Positions 23,320-37,220 of a stretch of 64,000 nt of DNA are shown one piece after another. The stretch comes from Octopus bimaculoides (taxonomy: Eukaryota), in contig NC_068983.1 in assembly GCF_001194135.2 (NCBI RefSeq), forward strand, positions 159,733,640 to 159,797,639. The letters are read 5' to 3'. The notes under the pieces were generated by a model. It ran no database searches and was not told where the DNA came from. It saw only the letters and a list, made by a program, of their open reading frames with translations. Position 1 is the first letter of the stretch, and every line of letters starts with the position of its first letter. The position numbers and the translations under genes were made by a program.

Positions 23320-23510
23320 AGCTAGGGTGTTGCTATCCCGTTTGCGAGATCGTGGTTTCGATTCCTAGACCAGCTGCATATTGTGTCTTTGAGCAATGCA
23401 CTTCACTTTACGTTGGTTCAGTTCACTCGTCTTATGACTAATTGGCGTACAAGAATGAGATGGTGTTTCAGGAAGATCTTCCGAACGGAGGTCTCACGAG
23501 CCTCGTTTTC
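23320..23510 (+). mobile_element. tRNA-derived SINE family D, degenerate
   Basis: GAGATCGTGGTTTCGATTCC B box followed by GTGTCTTTGAGCAATGCACTTCACTTTACGTTG. Confidence 0.65.
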
Positions 23511-25947
23511 TATTCAGCGATCGATAGATGAATAGTACAAACCGTAACGTGAATCGAGAGGAGTTGCGTATTTGTGGTTCAATTCTGTGCGAGTTCCTTT
23601 ATTGATTGTCAAACGACTGTTAGCATTTTCGGTGATGTAATTATTTCATCGTCAAATATATTGGCGAACGTATGTAAGCTGCATAGTTTTTGCTTTTGCA
23701 CAGAGATTTGTACTCAATACTATAATTCAGTGAATTACATTACACTAGTCTCTGTTAATAAGCAGGTATTATACTATTTTATGTTACGTCCTTATACACA
23801 GGTGAATGTTAACCATTATCCTTTTTGTGCTGTCACCATAGCCATATATTAATACCACAAGCATTCTTTATCCCAGTGCTTCCCTGATGCTGCTGAAAGA
23901 AGCTGATCGTACTTTAAAGCCATAAACATACACCGATTTGTACACACACGGATACATGTACACGTGCAAATATATGTGAATGGGTTAGAGTATTCCACTG
24001 GAAATTCATATTTGAATAAAGGAATGTGAAGTTTTAAGAATCGATCCAATCGTACCATCTAACAACGTATCTGTATGGAGAGTTAATATCGCTCTTCAAT
24101 TATCAGTAACAGATAACTGGTAAAAACAACCAATCCGATCGAACGCAGATTTCAAAGAAGTCCCTTTGCTGGAAAATTGGGTATTGCTTTTGAGAAATAA
24201 GGAAGACTTTCGTCATCCATGCCAGAACAATTCAACGTTTAAATAACAAAGTCTTGCACAAATTTATTGTTCGGTATAGTTGGATTGTGTATAATATATG
24301 AATTATAAAACCAAGTTCTTTTTAGAAGAAATCAAGCTCAGCCATTCTCTAATCCCGAGTGTTCAAGTGTTCAAGTGTTTAAGTGGTTGGGTAATGGCTT
24401 CTCAGTCATGAGTTTGTGTCGTTCAGTTCCTTGGACTAAGGCCCGTACTTTACGTTGCTCCAGTCAGCATTCCTGGCAAAAATGATGGTTAAGATTGACT
24501 TAATTCCCAGTCAGAGCAATGCCAAATTCCAACTTTAACATTTGCCAATAATGTTGGGTATAAGGCTAAACTTGTATTTTAGTAGTGGATTCACAGGCTA
24601 CTCCACATCATAGTTTAATTTAGTGTTTAAATGTTGTCAAATGGTAATCTTGCGTTCTGAGTTCACTTCTTGCCAGGATATACATTGTCGCTTCAACCGC
24701 TCCGTTTTGCACAGTTTGTTTTTATTTCTACTAGAAAGAAACTAAAATAAGTTAAACAGATACAAAAGAAATATATTTTGAATTTGTATAAATGCTTACA
24801 CATATTTACATACATAGTTTCATTTAATAATTTCATACATTCGGTAATAATTTTAGATTCGAAACTCTATTATGCCAAAATATATAGAAAATGTATAAAA
24901 TTCTTGCCAAAAACATAACGTGACTTACACAGATATTATGTTTGGAATACCAAACCTTACAGATGCAGTTATAACACGGCATAAAACGTTGAGAGGCTGC
25001 CAATACACACTGACTTGACTGTAAATAAGGTCAGAAAGCAATTAAAGGTATGCATTTAGCCCACTTAATATATATATATATAAAGGAAGAAAACAGAAAT
25101 AAAAACTCAAATCAAAAGTAAGACATTTTTTCTGAATTAATTTTCAGTCGATGTAAATCATTATTTTAAATCTAAATGTTTTGTTTCTCATGTGATTTTA
25201 GAATTTTAGCTTTGCAGAGAAAGCAAAGTAGATGTATACCTAAATAGAATAATTACTTTAAAAACGAAAGATTTTTCAAATCTCTAAAAGCTTTTTTATG
25301 AGCGAAATGTTCTAGTCGTGGTCGTTGTCTATTTCTTTTACTTTTTACTGTTGCCAATTATTTTTCTTTTTGAATTTGTATTGCTATACATCCGTACAAG
25401 ACACGCATTTATATACAACACTGTTTCATAACGAAATGCGTTCGCATACCGGGGTTAGAATTTAATTTTAGAGAGGCTTATAGTGAATTTTTGAAACTGT
25501 GAGAATAGTGAAGCACATCGAAACGTATACATACATATACGCACACACGCACACAAACACATACACACACGCACGCACACATACATACACACACACACAC
25601 ACATACACACACAAACACACACACACACACACATAACATAAAGGGAATGAGATACATTAGCTCTGATATGATCCAAATCTAGCTAACATCGTCGAGAGGG
25701 AACATACACAATTGTCTTACATAAGCAATTAAAAGGTACTTCACTCGATAGGTTAATCATGAGTTCATCTGATTGGATTTCATAACGCATACACAGTTGT
25801 TTAAAAAAACATCACAAAGAAGAATGAAAAATTATGCATCGTCAGAGTTTATTTAATATAGTATTATTCTCATTAAATTCACGTGTCAAATAAATTTCGA
25901 AGATGTACAAAATCTCCATTCTTCATGGCATCATGATTATATGTATA

Positions 25948-27204
25948 CAGGATGTCCCCAAAAAATGTATACACATTTTAGCAGCTGATAATCCAATTGA
26001 TGTTTTTTTTTCTTTCCAGATGAAACCTATTGGAATTAATGATGGCAGTCAGACTCAGCTTTGAACAAAGGAAATTCATTCTAAAATGCTACTAGAAGTA
26101 TGAAAACACAGTTGAAGTGCAAAGACAGTTTAAGAGGGAGTTTCAAACAGATCCACCAACACGACTTACTATCACCCAAATTAGAGATAAGTACGAAGTC
26201 GATGGGACTGTTCAGAATGTCCACGAAAAGCGTTCCGGAAGAGCACAAACCCCAATAAAGTAAGAAGGAGTGCTGGAAATGTATCACCAAAGTCCAAGAA
26301 AATCTGTGCGGCAAGCGAGTCTTGAGGCAGGTATTTCAAAATCGTCTGTCCAACGCATTTTGAAGCGTTGTCAATGGTAAAGTTACGTTCCAAGATTTGT
26401 CCATGTTATTAATGACGATGATCTACACCGAAGTGTGCAGTATTGCGAGTGGTACTTGGCACGATCTGTAGAAGATACACACTTTCCAACAAAAATTGTG
26501 TGGAGTGATGAGGCCACATTCAAATTAAATGGTTCAATTAACCACAACAATTGCACCTACTGGTGACATGAGAATCCGCATGTTATGTCGTAAGACCATG
26601 TTAATTTACCAGAAGTTACAGTGTGATGTGGATTATCATCAAGTCGATTAATAGGACAGTTCTGTTTTTACACTATTGTGACTGGTCCCATTTACTTGAA
26701 ATTGCTACAACAGTCTGTCATGCCAAGCATTAGAGAAGACTTTGAAGATGAGGAGTTTTATTTTCAGCAAGACGGGGCACCCCTGAAATTCATCGCGATG
26801 TTAGATCCTTCCTTGATGAGGTCCTTCCACAGGTGGATTGGAAGAAGGGATTTCGTTGAATACACTGTGTGTTCACCAAACATCACACCACTAGACTTTT
26901 TTATGGGAGTACTTAAAAGACAAAGTCTTCGCTATGAAACCTGCAACAATCGCTGATTTGAGAGCAGCCATTGAACGAGAAAACACACAAATACCAAACG
27001 AATTGTTTCGTGATGTTTGCGATTCCATTGCTTCGCGTTGCCAGCAGGGTCGGGTCCAGAACGGACGTCAGTTTGAAAATTGGCGTTGGCAAAACAATAA
27101 AATAATGTCAGTAGATTCTATTAAATTTCAAAAATAAAATGTATTTTAATAAACACCTACTTTACAATTATTTAAAGTGTGTATGCATTTTTTGGGACAC
27201 CCTG
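25948..27204 (+). mobile_element. Full-length mariner-like transposon, DD41D-like (rosa/Visitor type); pseudogene
   Basis: TIRs CAGGATGTCCCCAAAAAATGTATACAC / GTGTATGCATTTTTTGGGACACCCTG with a left TA; 1257 bp. [51 protein letters not shown]. Confidence 0.9.
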
Positions 27205-27318
27205 TGTGCATATGTATATATATATAGTCACTATAATGATACTTAGACCTCTTATAGGGATATTTTTAGCCAAGATACACTGGTTTTATGTAATTATGCT
27301 TATTATGTATATGCGTGT

Positions 27319-27354
<36 letters not shown>

Positions 27355-27900
27355 NNNNNNNNNNNNNNNNNNNNNNNNNNNNNNNNNNNNNNNNNNNNNN
27401 NNNNNNNNNNNNNNNNNNNNNNNNNNNNNNNNNNNNNNNNNNNNNNNNNNNNNNNNNNNNNNNNNNNNNNNNNNNNNNNNNNNNNNNNNNNNNNNNNNNN
27501 NNNNNNNNNNNNNNNNNNNNNNNNNNNNNNNNNNNNNNNNNNNNNNNNNNNNNNNNNNNNNNNNNNNNNNNNNNNNNNNNNNNNNNNNNNNNNNNNNNNN
27601 NNNNNNNNNNNNNNNNNNNNNNNNNNNNNNNNNNNNNNNNNNNNNNNNNNNNNNNNNNNNNNNNNNNNNNNNNNNNNNNNNNNNNNNNNNNNNNNNNNNN
27701 NNNNNNNNNNNNNNNNNNNNNNNNNNNNNNNNNNNNNNNNNNNNNNNNNNNNNNNNNNNNNNNNNNNNNNNNNNNNNNNNNNNNNNNNNNNNNNNNNNNN
27801 NNNNNNNNNNNNNNNNNNNNNNNNNNNNNNNNNNNNNNNNNNNNNNNNNNNNNNNNNNNNNNNNNNNNNNNNNNNNNNNNNNNNNNNNNNNNNNNNNNNN

Positions 27901-27958
<58 letters not shown>

Positions 27959-28209
27959 GTGTGTGTGTGTGTGTGCGTGTGTGCGTGTGTGTGTGTGTGT
28001 GTGTGTTTTGTAGTTGTAATTTAGGTTGCGAAATGAAAAAGTTGTAAGTGAATATGTTAATTAATTAATACAATAATTATTATCCACTGACTAGATCTCT
28101 CCGTTTGCAAACTTAATAATTATATAAACATATATGTGTGCATGTATGTATGTATGTATGTATGTATGTATGTATGTATGTATGTATGTATTAGAACTTT
28201 ACAAACCAT

Positions 28210-28458
28210 AGCAAACACACAGATGATTTGTTTGTAGTAATCGAATGTTTGTGTAGACATAAGCTCACTCCCTCCTTCAAATCGACATTACCTGTACGGG
28301 TGCACCATGTGCCACATGTCAGATGACGAAATGATTGCATAGCAACGTGAAATGAAATGCTTTGCTTAAGAGTTCAACGCGACGCCCCGTCTGGAAATTA
28401 AACCCACGATCTCGCAATAGTGAGTGCAACACCCTGACCACTAAGCCATGCGATTCAC
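28210..28458 (-). mobile_element. tRNA-derived SINE family D
   Basis: Reverse-complement head GCATGGCTTAGTGGTCAGGGTGTTGCACTCAC..GAGATCGTGGGTTTAATTTCC. Confidence 0.8.
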
Positions 28459-28823
28459 ATACATACATGTATATATATATATATACATACATACGTACAC
28501 ATACATACGTACATGAATACATGCATGCATACATACATATATACATACTATACATACGTATGTATGTGCGTGTGCATGTATGTATGTATGTATGTATGTA
28601 TGTATGTATGTATATAGAAATGTGAGAAAAAGTCTGATTTGTGTGTCCCCTATGCAACGTATTCATGTAAACAAATAATGTTGCTTGGGACTCGTAGATT
28701 TTATAGGATTAAATAAGAGTAGAGTAATTAATGGCTGCGTCAAGGAATCTTAATACAGGAATTTAAATAATGCCAAAAATATCAGGAGAAAACAAGAAAC
28801 ACTTAAGCGATATACATACATAC

Positions 28824-28877
<54 letters not shown>

Positions 28878-29469
28878 TGTACACACAGTTACACATATAC
28901 TGTTTCACATACGCGTGAAGTAGATATACTGACAGAAATTGTAATATTTTAAATATAGTAATAACATTGACGGATCACCTAAGACTTGGTGTTTGCAATT
29001 TTGCATTCGGTTTTGCTACTTTCTTGGCAATAATGTCCATCAATTCCTCTCAGAGTCATCCTTCATCTGTGATTAGTGGGAAAGATTTTATTTTTTAATA
29101 CCTCGCAAAATAAATAAGAAAAGACAACTACAGAAAAATAAAGAATAAACATTTCAGGAAAGACGTGTCAACTGTCTGGAAAATACCAATGAATTAACAT
29201 AGTTATGATAAATTTAAATATACGCTAGGTTATTTCTAGTCGAGGGATTTCAAACTGTTTTGTATTCTGTTGTGAATATTGAGAATTGTCCTAATGAGAT
29301 AGAAAACATCTAATTATAGTATATATAGCTGACAAGTACACGTGAGTGTGCGTGTTTGTGTGTCACACATATATAAACACTCACACATGACGTTCTCTTC
29401 CATAAACTCACAAACACGGATATACACGCACCTACACGAATACACGCTCGCACACACACATATATATAA

Positions 29470-29620
29470 TGTGTGTTAAGAAATTCGCGTCACAATAAAG
29501 TGGTTTGGGGTTCTGTCGTCTTTGCAGCAAACTGGGCAAGGGTTTTCTACTGTGGTCCCGAACACGGCAATGCCCTGTGAGTGATTTCGTTTCTCGTAAA
29601 CTGTATAGAAACCCGTTGTA
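29470..29620 (+). mobile_element. tRNA-derived SINE family C, degenerate
   Basis: CTGGGCAAGGGTTTTCTACTGT..GAAACCCGTTGTATA, homologous to 46245-46411. Confidence 0.65.
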
Positions 29621-29932
29621 TATACATATGTGTATATACATGTGTGTAGGTATTTTTGTGTTTTGTTCCCCTATGCATAGCAACCTCTGTGGATTTATGC
29701 ATAAACTATTAATACAAACATTCCTGTGTAATTAAGAACTTTACTTTACCGATCAATGGCTTGTGTGTAAATTTGTTAGCCAGAAACTTTGTGGAATCTC
29801 ATTGAATATATTTATATATATATATGTATAAATATATATATATATATATATAGGCATGCAAATATATATATGTATAGCGGTAGTGATGCAGATAAACACA
29901 ACGCTTCTGCCAGCTCGCCGAATTAGACGAGT

Positions 29933-30137
29933 AAGAATATTCTTTTCTACTCTTGACACAAGGTACGAAATCTTTGGAGATCGACCCCAGTACGCAACTG
30001 GTACTTAATTTATCGACCCCCAAAGGATGAAATGCAAAGTCGACCTCGGCGGAATTTGAACTCAGAACGTAACGACAGACGAAATACCGCTAAGCATTTC
30101 GCCCGGCGCCCTAGCGTTTCATGCAGCTCGCCGCATT
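29933..30137 (-). mobile_element. SINE family A, near-complete and well preserved
   Basis: GTACTTAATTTATCGACCCCCAAAGGATGAAATGCAAAGTCGACCTCGGCGGAATTTGAACTCAGAACG..CAGCTCGCCGC. Confidence 0.9.
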
Positions 30138-32744
30138 AGACTAATAATAATATTAACAAATAAAATGAATACAGAATTTTGATATAAAACAAACAAAAAC
30201 TTTACATATTTCATAAATGTATTATACAAGTAGCAGTCTTCCGACCAGGTATAGAGGAGAATATTCAGCACAAAGGAAAAAAGGAGAGACTAAGGTCTCA
30301 TATTAGAATGAAATAAAAAGAAAACAAAAAAAAGTGCGTCTGATGTGTATTTTTTATCAAAGTAGTCGTCATTAAGAAATTTGTTTATATTGAGAATATG
30401 TTTTTTCTGGCTTAAATGTGTCAAACATTTTAACGTCATGATTATATTTGACAGAGGTATCAACAGAGTGTTTCAGATCTTAATCTATTAATGCATAGAG
30501 ACTCTAAAATATGGCAGAAATGATGCAATGCAAAATATTATCTAAGCAACTGAAAACGTTAAGAAAGGGCCTCAGTCGTTGGCAATGATTACAATCATCA
30601 TATTTTTTTACTACGTATTAGATGATTGTGAATGTTGTATATTTAGAAAGTATTTTACACAGAAAAAACGAAATACCTTGAATTCTTAGCACGTTGCCTA
30701 ATTTAACTCCAACGTTTAACAATTTAGTTGCATCAGCGGAGTACATTCTGTTGTAATCATTTGGTCAAAGCTTCTAGCTCCCTCCATCGTTCCCACCGGA
30801 GACCATGCTATGTGTCGTAAACCCTGCCTTCTCTCCTACTTAAAAATTACTCAAAGAACTGAGTATTGAGAGTAAAATGCATTTGTCTAAGAATGTGTTT
30901 AGTTATTACAATGAACATTAAAAAAGACCTAATGTTCCCTTTACAGTAATATTCATAGTAAATCACTAAACAAGTACAGTTATATGAATATGCATCTGTT
31001 AACACTTGTCGTTTAACCAGATTTACACAGATACTCACGTTCTTGTCATATGCATTCGTATTTCTAACTGTAGTTAGCTTAGTTATAGTTAGAGTCGATA
31101 CATACCTGCTAGTTAAAGAGGTGATTAGTATAATTTGTAATTGAACGAAGATTACGCAACACTAGATACTATAGAAACACGTTTCAGAAGTGGTATATTG
31201 AGTATATTGATTTTTTGAAGGCTGTTTCTATGAACTATAAACTAAAAGCTTCTCTTTATTCTCTTTATCGTATAAATGTATGCTTCAATCAAAAACATTT
31301 GAAAGTATGTCTTGAATTAGTTGGAAGAAGGCTTCTTTGAAATAAAGAAATCAGAGTTGCTTAATTATAATATAAAGCAGTAATTAAAATTTAATACAGC
31401 TTTCGTTTCAATTACGATATCTTTTCCTAGAAAACCGTAACCTACATACATTCAGTAAATGTTATTTGATCAAAAACTCGCTGATGGAATTGAGAAAGAT
31501 GGAAACTGGATTATATACGAGAACTTTAGAGTCGGTGTTTACTGTGTTCTGCCCTTATACCGAGTTCAAATTTGCTTTATCTCTACTTATGATGTTGATA
31601 AAATAAATACCACTTTACTAGAATCGATATAATCCACTTACGGTCGCAGATATAACAGCATTGTAAGGATATCTATTCCCTTGCTACTTGTTTTCGGTTT
31701 CGATCCTATTGCATAGAACGTCGAGCAAGTGTCTTCTACTATGGCCTTTAAAGTATTCTACCAGAACTTTATAAGTGATAGTCAAGAGATAGAAATTGAT
31801 CTGAAGCCTGCCGTTTTTCTTGGCTGGTAAGCTTGATCCATCGCTCGTTTTAACATCACAAACAGGATACGTTATAATGAGGGATATTTGGCGAAGTCCA
31901 CTCAATAACAAGCGGTCAGGTTAAGGGTAGAATCTGGCGGTAATTTTTACCCTTCCTACTAATCATAGAGGATTTGGAAAGAATCATGGGTGCTGCCCTT
32001 TCTACTCTAGTTAAGCCATTAAAATAGATCCTTTAAAGATGCACTTATCGTATGGTCGCGTTCTGTAATTGAAATCAGTAAGTGAATTAGAGAAAAGTAT
32101 GAAACTCTGTATTCCTGGACCAGTAAAATAACAGCAGAAAAAATGCGAGAGATATAAGCCACACTGGCACTATCAATTCTGGTATAAATATATTCGGATG
32201 AATGTATAAGAAAAACTCAGTTTGGAACTTAAGAATTCAAGTTAATTCTCTAGATATAAAAACAAAAAAAAAGAGACCAAGTAATATGATTTCGGTTGAA
32301 ATGTACGCTAGAAGACTTATGAAGAGAGATTTTGATGCCAAATAATAAAAAAAAGAGGTAATGTTTAAATTTTCAAGAACGCCAGGTTCTTGAAAATTTA
32401 AACATTTCCTTTTTATAATCGAATGTATAGTTAGTGGAGGTGCTTAGTTTCACAAGACGATCGATCTTCTTGTTTGAAGGTGAATTGATTTAAGAGATGA
32501 TTATTATCTAAGGATTTCTTGTCATGTAGATTTTAACTCTGCCATATATTTAAGCAGGAAAATTTCAGTGATGGCCGTAATCTTTGATTTCCATTATGTT
32601 GAAATCATTGAAAATTTTTGTTAGATGCGCTTTGCACGGAGTTGTTGTAAACACAAGAGCACATTGTAATATGCGGCTATTGTCTAATAATAATAATGGT
32701 TTAAAATTTTGTCACAAAGCCACCAATTATTAGTTGTGACGACA

Positions 32745-33065
32745 AATTGATTACATCGACCCGAAAAGGATGAAGGTCAAAGCTGACATTGATAGATTTT
32801 GAACTCGGAAGAGAATGAATCGGAAGAAATACTGTGAAGTACATATTCGAAGCGCTATTATGGCAGCTTAGCGCCTTAATGAGAACTACAACAACAGCAA
32901 CAACAATAATGATAATAATAATCCTTTCTACTAAAGGCATAAGGCATAAAATATTGAGGGAAGTGGCTTGTAGACTACATTGATTCCTGTCGTCGACTTA
33001 CACTTATTTTATCGACCCTGAAAGGATGAAAGGCAAAGTGGATCTCGGTGGAATTTGAACTTAAA
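32745..33065 (-). mobile_element. Two adjacent SINE family A fragments separated by (AAC)/(AAT) repeats
   Basis: ATCGACCCGAAAAGGATGAAGG at 32755 and ATCGACCCTGAAAGGATGAAAGGCAAAG at 33010. Confidence 0.75.
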
Positions 33066-33314
33066 ATTTATTTGAACGTAAAATTTATTTGAAGCCGACC
33101 GCAGGTGTAGATCTCGGTGGTAGTAGCAAATATTCCAACAATTAATGAATTATATTTCTACACATTTTAGAGATTACCTTTTTTGCTACCTCTCCAATGT
33201 TGGCAGAACGAAAAGCAAATTCGGGAGGTGAAAATCTAATTCCCATCTATTATGTTCTGATAACTTTTCACCCTGCTCTGTAATATTCATGCATTTAATG
33301 CATAGTTATATGTA

Positions 33315-33600
33315 TGTGAAGGCGTGTGGTTTAGTGGTTAGGGTATTCGGCTCACGATCCTAAGGTTGTGAGTTCAATATCCGGTAGCGTATATTATCTC
33401 TTAATCAAGTCACTTTATTAAAGAGTGGTACCTGCATTTCAAAGGGTCAGCATTGTCACATTCAGTCACGTTGAATCTCCCTAAGAACAGATTTAGAGGT
33501 ACGCATGTCTATGGAGTGCTCATCCATTTGCACGTTAATTTCAGAAGCAAGCTGTTTGGTTGATGAAATCAACTGGAACCCGTTCGCCGTAACCAGTGTA
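33315..33600 (+). mobile_element. tRNA-derived SINE family D
   Basis: GTGAAGGCGTGTGGTTTAGTGGTTAGGGTATTCGGCTCACGATC..GAGTTCAAT. Homologous to 46761-47050. Confidence 0.8.
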
Positions 33601-34012
33601 TGTTTAGAAGACTACACAATAGTTCGGACTGCTCTTTATTGTTGCATTATCCAATATATTTATCCATTTTAAGATGAAAGAATTGAATGTGAAGGTTGTT
33701 GGACTGCTTCGTTGATGTGTTCTTTGAGTGGCAAATTGTTTTGCAAATATTTTTTGCTATGCTATTAACATTTAAATTTGATAGCATGCAGTACCACTTT
33801 CACAGGGTATCGGATGCTTATTTTTATTTCACTAAGTACTTGATATCACCATTGCATATAGCAGTGAGGGAACTGCAAAATTAGTGTATGTATAATTTAG
33901 GCATCGGTAGCCTACTTGGAAACACACTCTCTTTGGAAATATTGTATTACTGCACTGTAACTGAATTATAAAGAGCAAAGATTGACATGAAACTCAACTG
34001 GCATTAACTCGC

Positions 34013-34177
34013 TCACAGGTAAGCTTCATCCTTTGGTACAGAGAACAGGCTGTCACCTCTTTTTGCCTTTTCTGAGTTCTGAAGCGAGTTGGACAGGGCC
34101 TCAAGTAAGGTCTGGGCTAGGCGGAAATTACACTTCTGTGGTGTACTCGAAGTTTGAGTGCTGTACTTGAAAGATAT
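34013..34177 (-). CDS. Candidate terminal coding exon of an unidentified host gene
   Basis: Acceptor tttttatttgtgattcatag followed by a phase-0 open frame ISFKYSTQTSSTPQKCNFRLAQTLLEALSNSLQNSEKAKRGDSLFSVPKDEAYL*. GC is about 46% against AT-rich flanks. Not repeat-like. Confidence 0.4.
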   Translation of the reverse strand: MSFKYSTQTSSTPQKCNFRLAQTLLEALSNSLQNSEKAKRGDSLFSVPKDEAYL

Positions 34178-34645
34178 CTATGAATCACAAATAAAAATGA
34201 ATGCTTCGTTTATAGAGAAAAAAATAAAACAAGCTATTTTCGAAAGGGAAGGAAATTATACGCATATGTTCTTGAGGTTATTTCAGTCTCTGCTATAGAT
34301 GTGTAATTATTGTGAAGAATAAAACATTCATGAAGTGATAAAATTAACCAAGTCTTTTACTATTGTGGACGAATGCTATTGTTGTACTATTGACCAAATT
34401 TTTCATCTCATCGCAGGAAATATAATTATATGTTCTTGTAACAGAGACGAGTCAATATAAGAGTAATATGCGTTAATGAGCTTATAATCTCACAATTTTA
34501 TATTTTGTGAGTAGATAGATTATCCGATTGTCATCAAATACGTTATTGCAGCTTACCTGAATGTCATATGATAGTGTATAACTCATGAATATTTATTCTT
34601 GGCAAACTGTATCACTAATGCATGGTAAACGTTTTCTAGCATCAT

Positions 34646-34647
<2 letters not shown>

Positions 34648-34710
<63 letters not shown>

Positions 34711-34723
34711 TGTAGTTAAATTA

Positions 34724-34758
<35 letters not shown>
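34648..34758. repeat. (AGT)n and (ATG)n microsatellites
   Basis: Directly visible. Confidence 0.95.
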
Positions 34759-36229
34759 AAATCAGCAAAATTATCGTATTCGCAAATAATGATATGCAGG
34801 AGAGGGTTGGCAGTATTTTCAGTGCTAAAAATATAGAACAATGATGATATTTGTTAATATTTTAATCGATTCTTAAAACCTCTTCGTTCATGGAATATCG
34901 CCAGCAATTTCATCTCTACAACAATGATGCCGTACAGGACCAGCTTTTTTGCTGGCAGTGTTGTCTTTGTTAGATTAAAGTCAGCCAACACAACTGTCAT
35001 TAATTAAGATTAATTTTGATTTATGATACACTATTTAGAGATAATTATGTTTTTGTTGATCATTTATATCATTTACAGTCACCGAACAATAGATAGTCCA
35101 TAGTAATACGATCAAATTTTAACTTTTTCTGCAACTCAATCTTATTGCAATCCTCAACAATGACAATTGCGTTCAACCCCTTGTAATTATCATGCTTATT
35201 ACAGTGAATCATATGCTATCCGTTCTAAGAAACAAGTTATGTTCGTCTCTTTGTATGCATCTTTATTAATTAATTTAGTGACAAATATCACTGTACAAAA
35301 TTTATAATCACCTTAAACTTATAATTATTTTTCATTTAGCATACGTTCGTTAACTTGTTAATTAAGGATAAATTGTTATATATCTTATATAATAGATGTA
35401 TCATTCCCAAAACACAAAGCTATATGGCTTTATATAAAACAATACTTTCTTTTACAAACGGATGATATGATTGCTCAACAAGTTTAGATCTATATAAAAC
35501 AGACAAAAATATACATATATAGAAAGACCGTGTAATTACTTAGAAAAGCCTAACGTTCAAACGATTTTGCTAATTTTATTTCTGGGTCCTTTGTAAACAT
35601 GACCGTCGGTTGGAGATCCGTACTTTTATACCAAATATATATGATGTACACATTTCCTTTGTTTTACTCAAACTTTGATAGAACGTTTTCTATAAATCAT
35701 GGCTTTTATTTTGATTTTCTAATGTTTTAACGTTTAGAATAATTAATGAATTATATTTCTATACATTTTAGAGATTACCTATCAAATTAAATGTAAATGA
35801 AAATATATTCTGTAATGATGTTAATATACCCGAGAATATGAGTAAAATGCGAAATTGCTATCTTAAAAACACAAGATAAATAACACCTTACAAAGAAGTC
35901 AAGAAATATAAACGAAAATAATTTCTACGATTAATATTTCAAAATATCAAGTATATTTTAAAGAAACATGCACCTGTCATTATGCTTATAACTAATTAAA
36001 GTGAACTTCTCTTAAAAGTACTTTCTTCTGATATNNNNNNNNNNNNNNNNNNNNNNNNNNNNNNNNNNNNNNNNNNNNNNNNNNNNNNNNNNNNNNNNNN
36101 NNNNNNNNNNNNNNNNNNNNNNNNNNNNNNNNNNNNNNNNNNNNNNNNNNNNNNNNNNNNNNNNNNNNNNNNNNNNNNNNNNNNNNNNNNNNNNNNNNNN
36201 NNNNNNNNNNNNNNNNNNNNNNNNNNNNN

Positions 36230-36263
<34 letters not shown>

Positions 36264-37160
36264 GTATGTGGGTATATTTACTGCATGAAATATTAAAAAG
36301 GTCAAACAGGATGCCATATGTGGTATGATAAAAATAAAAATAAGCAAATCAATCGGTGACATTTTGGTAAAGTTTTTCCTTTAGTCTCTTCATAACTTTC
36401 ATAGAATGAATAACTGGAAATATGCAAAAATATATATTTACTGGCATAGCAAAAACACCATCATTTAAAAATTTGAAAATTCTGAGGTTAAATGATACTA
36501 ACTATCGTTTAATAAAATTTTCTCCTCAACGCGTATTTTATTTTACTATATGAATACACTATGTATTACTATGCTATCACTTATTTACATGCTAAATGTT
36601 ATGCAGATGTTGGTTCAGAATTCTTTAATTTTTACATATAGCCAACGTGTATACGAAGCTTCGTCGTTACTTAGTACATCAATTTTCATCGCATTTTCTA
36701 CCACACGGTGGGAACTACATTGTAACACCTCTGTCTGACACAATCATTTGAACAGTATCTCCTCACAAAATTTGTTTTAATTTAGTAATAACAGGCTCTG
36801 GCGGAATAGTCGAAAGAGAGACAATAAAAGGAATTAAAAGTTGGAAAGCTGCCAATAGTTGCTTAATTTTGATTTTGGCAACAACCATTTGTAAGAATCT
36901 CTGCCAACTTTACAGTTCAATTTTAGTCCAGTTAAGAGAACATGGTGTAAATCAATGGTATCCGGACGCAAATTGAATTTAGCTATTGCTGATGGGTACA
37001 GGAAACATATATCACAATTATATTTTGCTTTTCTCTCGACAGGAAATTTAACTGATGTTGTGTTTTCGAGCCAGACGTTAATGTCTACGAGTGTAACTAG
37101 ATTATTCGGCAAAATAGCGCACGAACATGCCTAATTATATTTTTCAAAGTATGTATGTAT

Positions 37161-37220
<60 letters not shown>

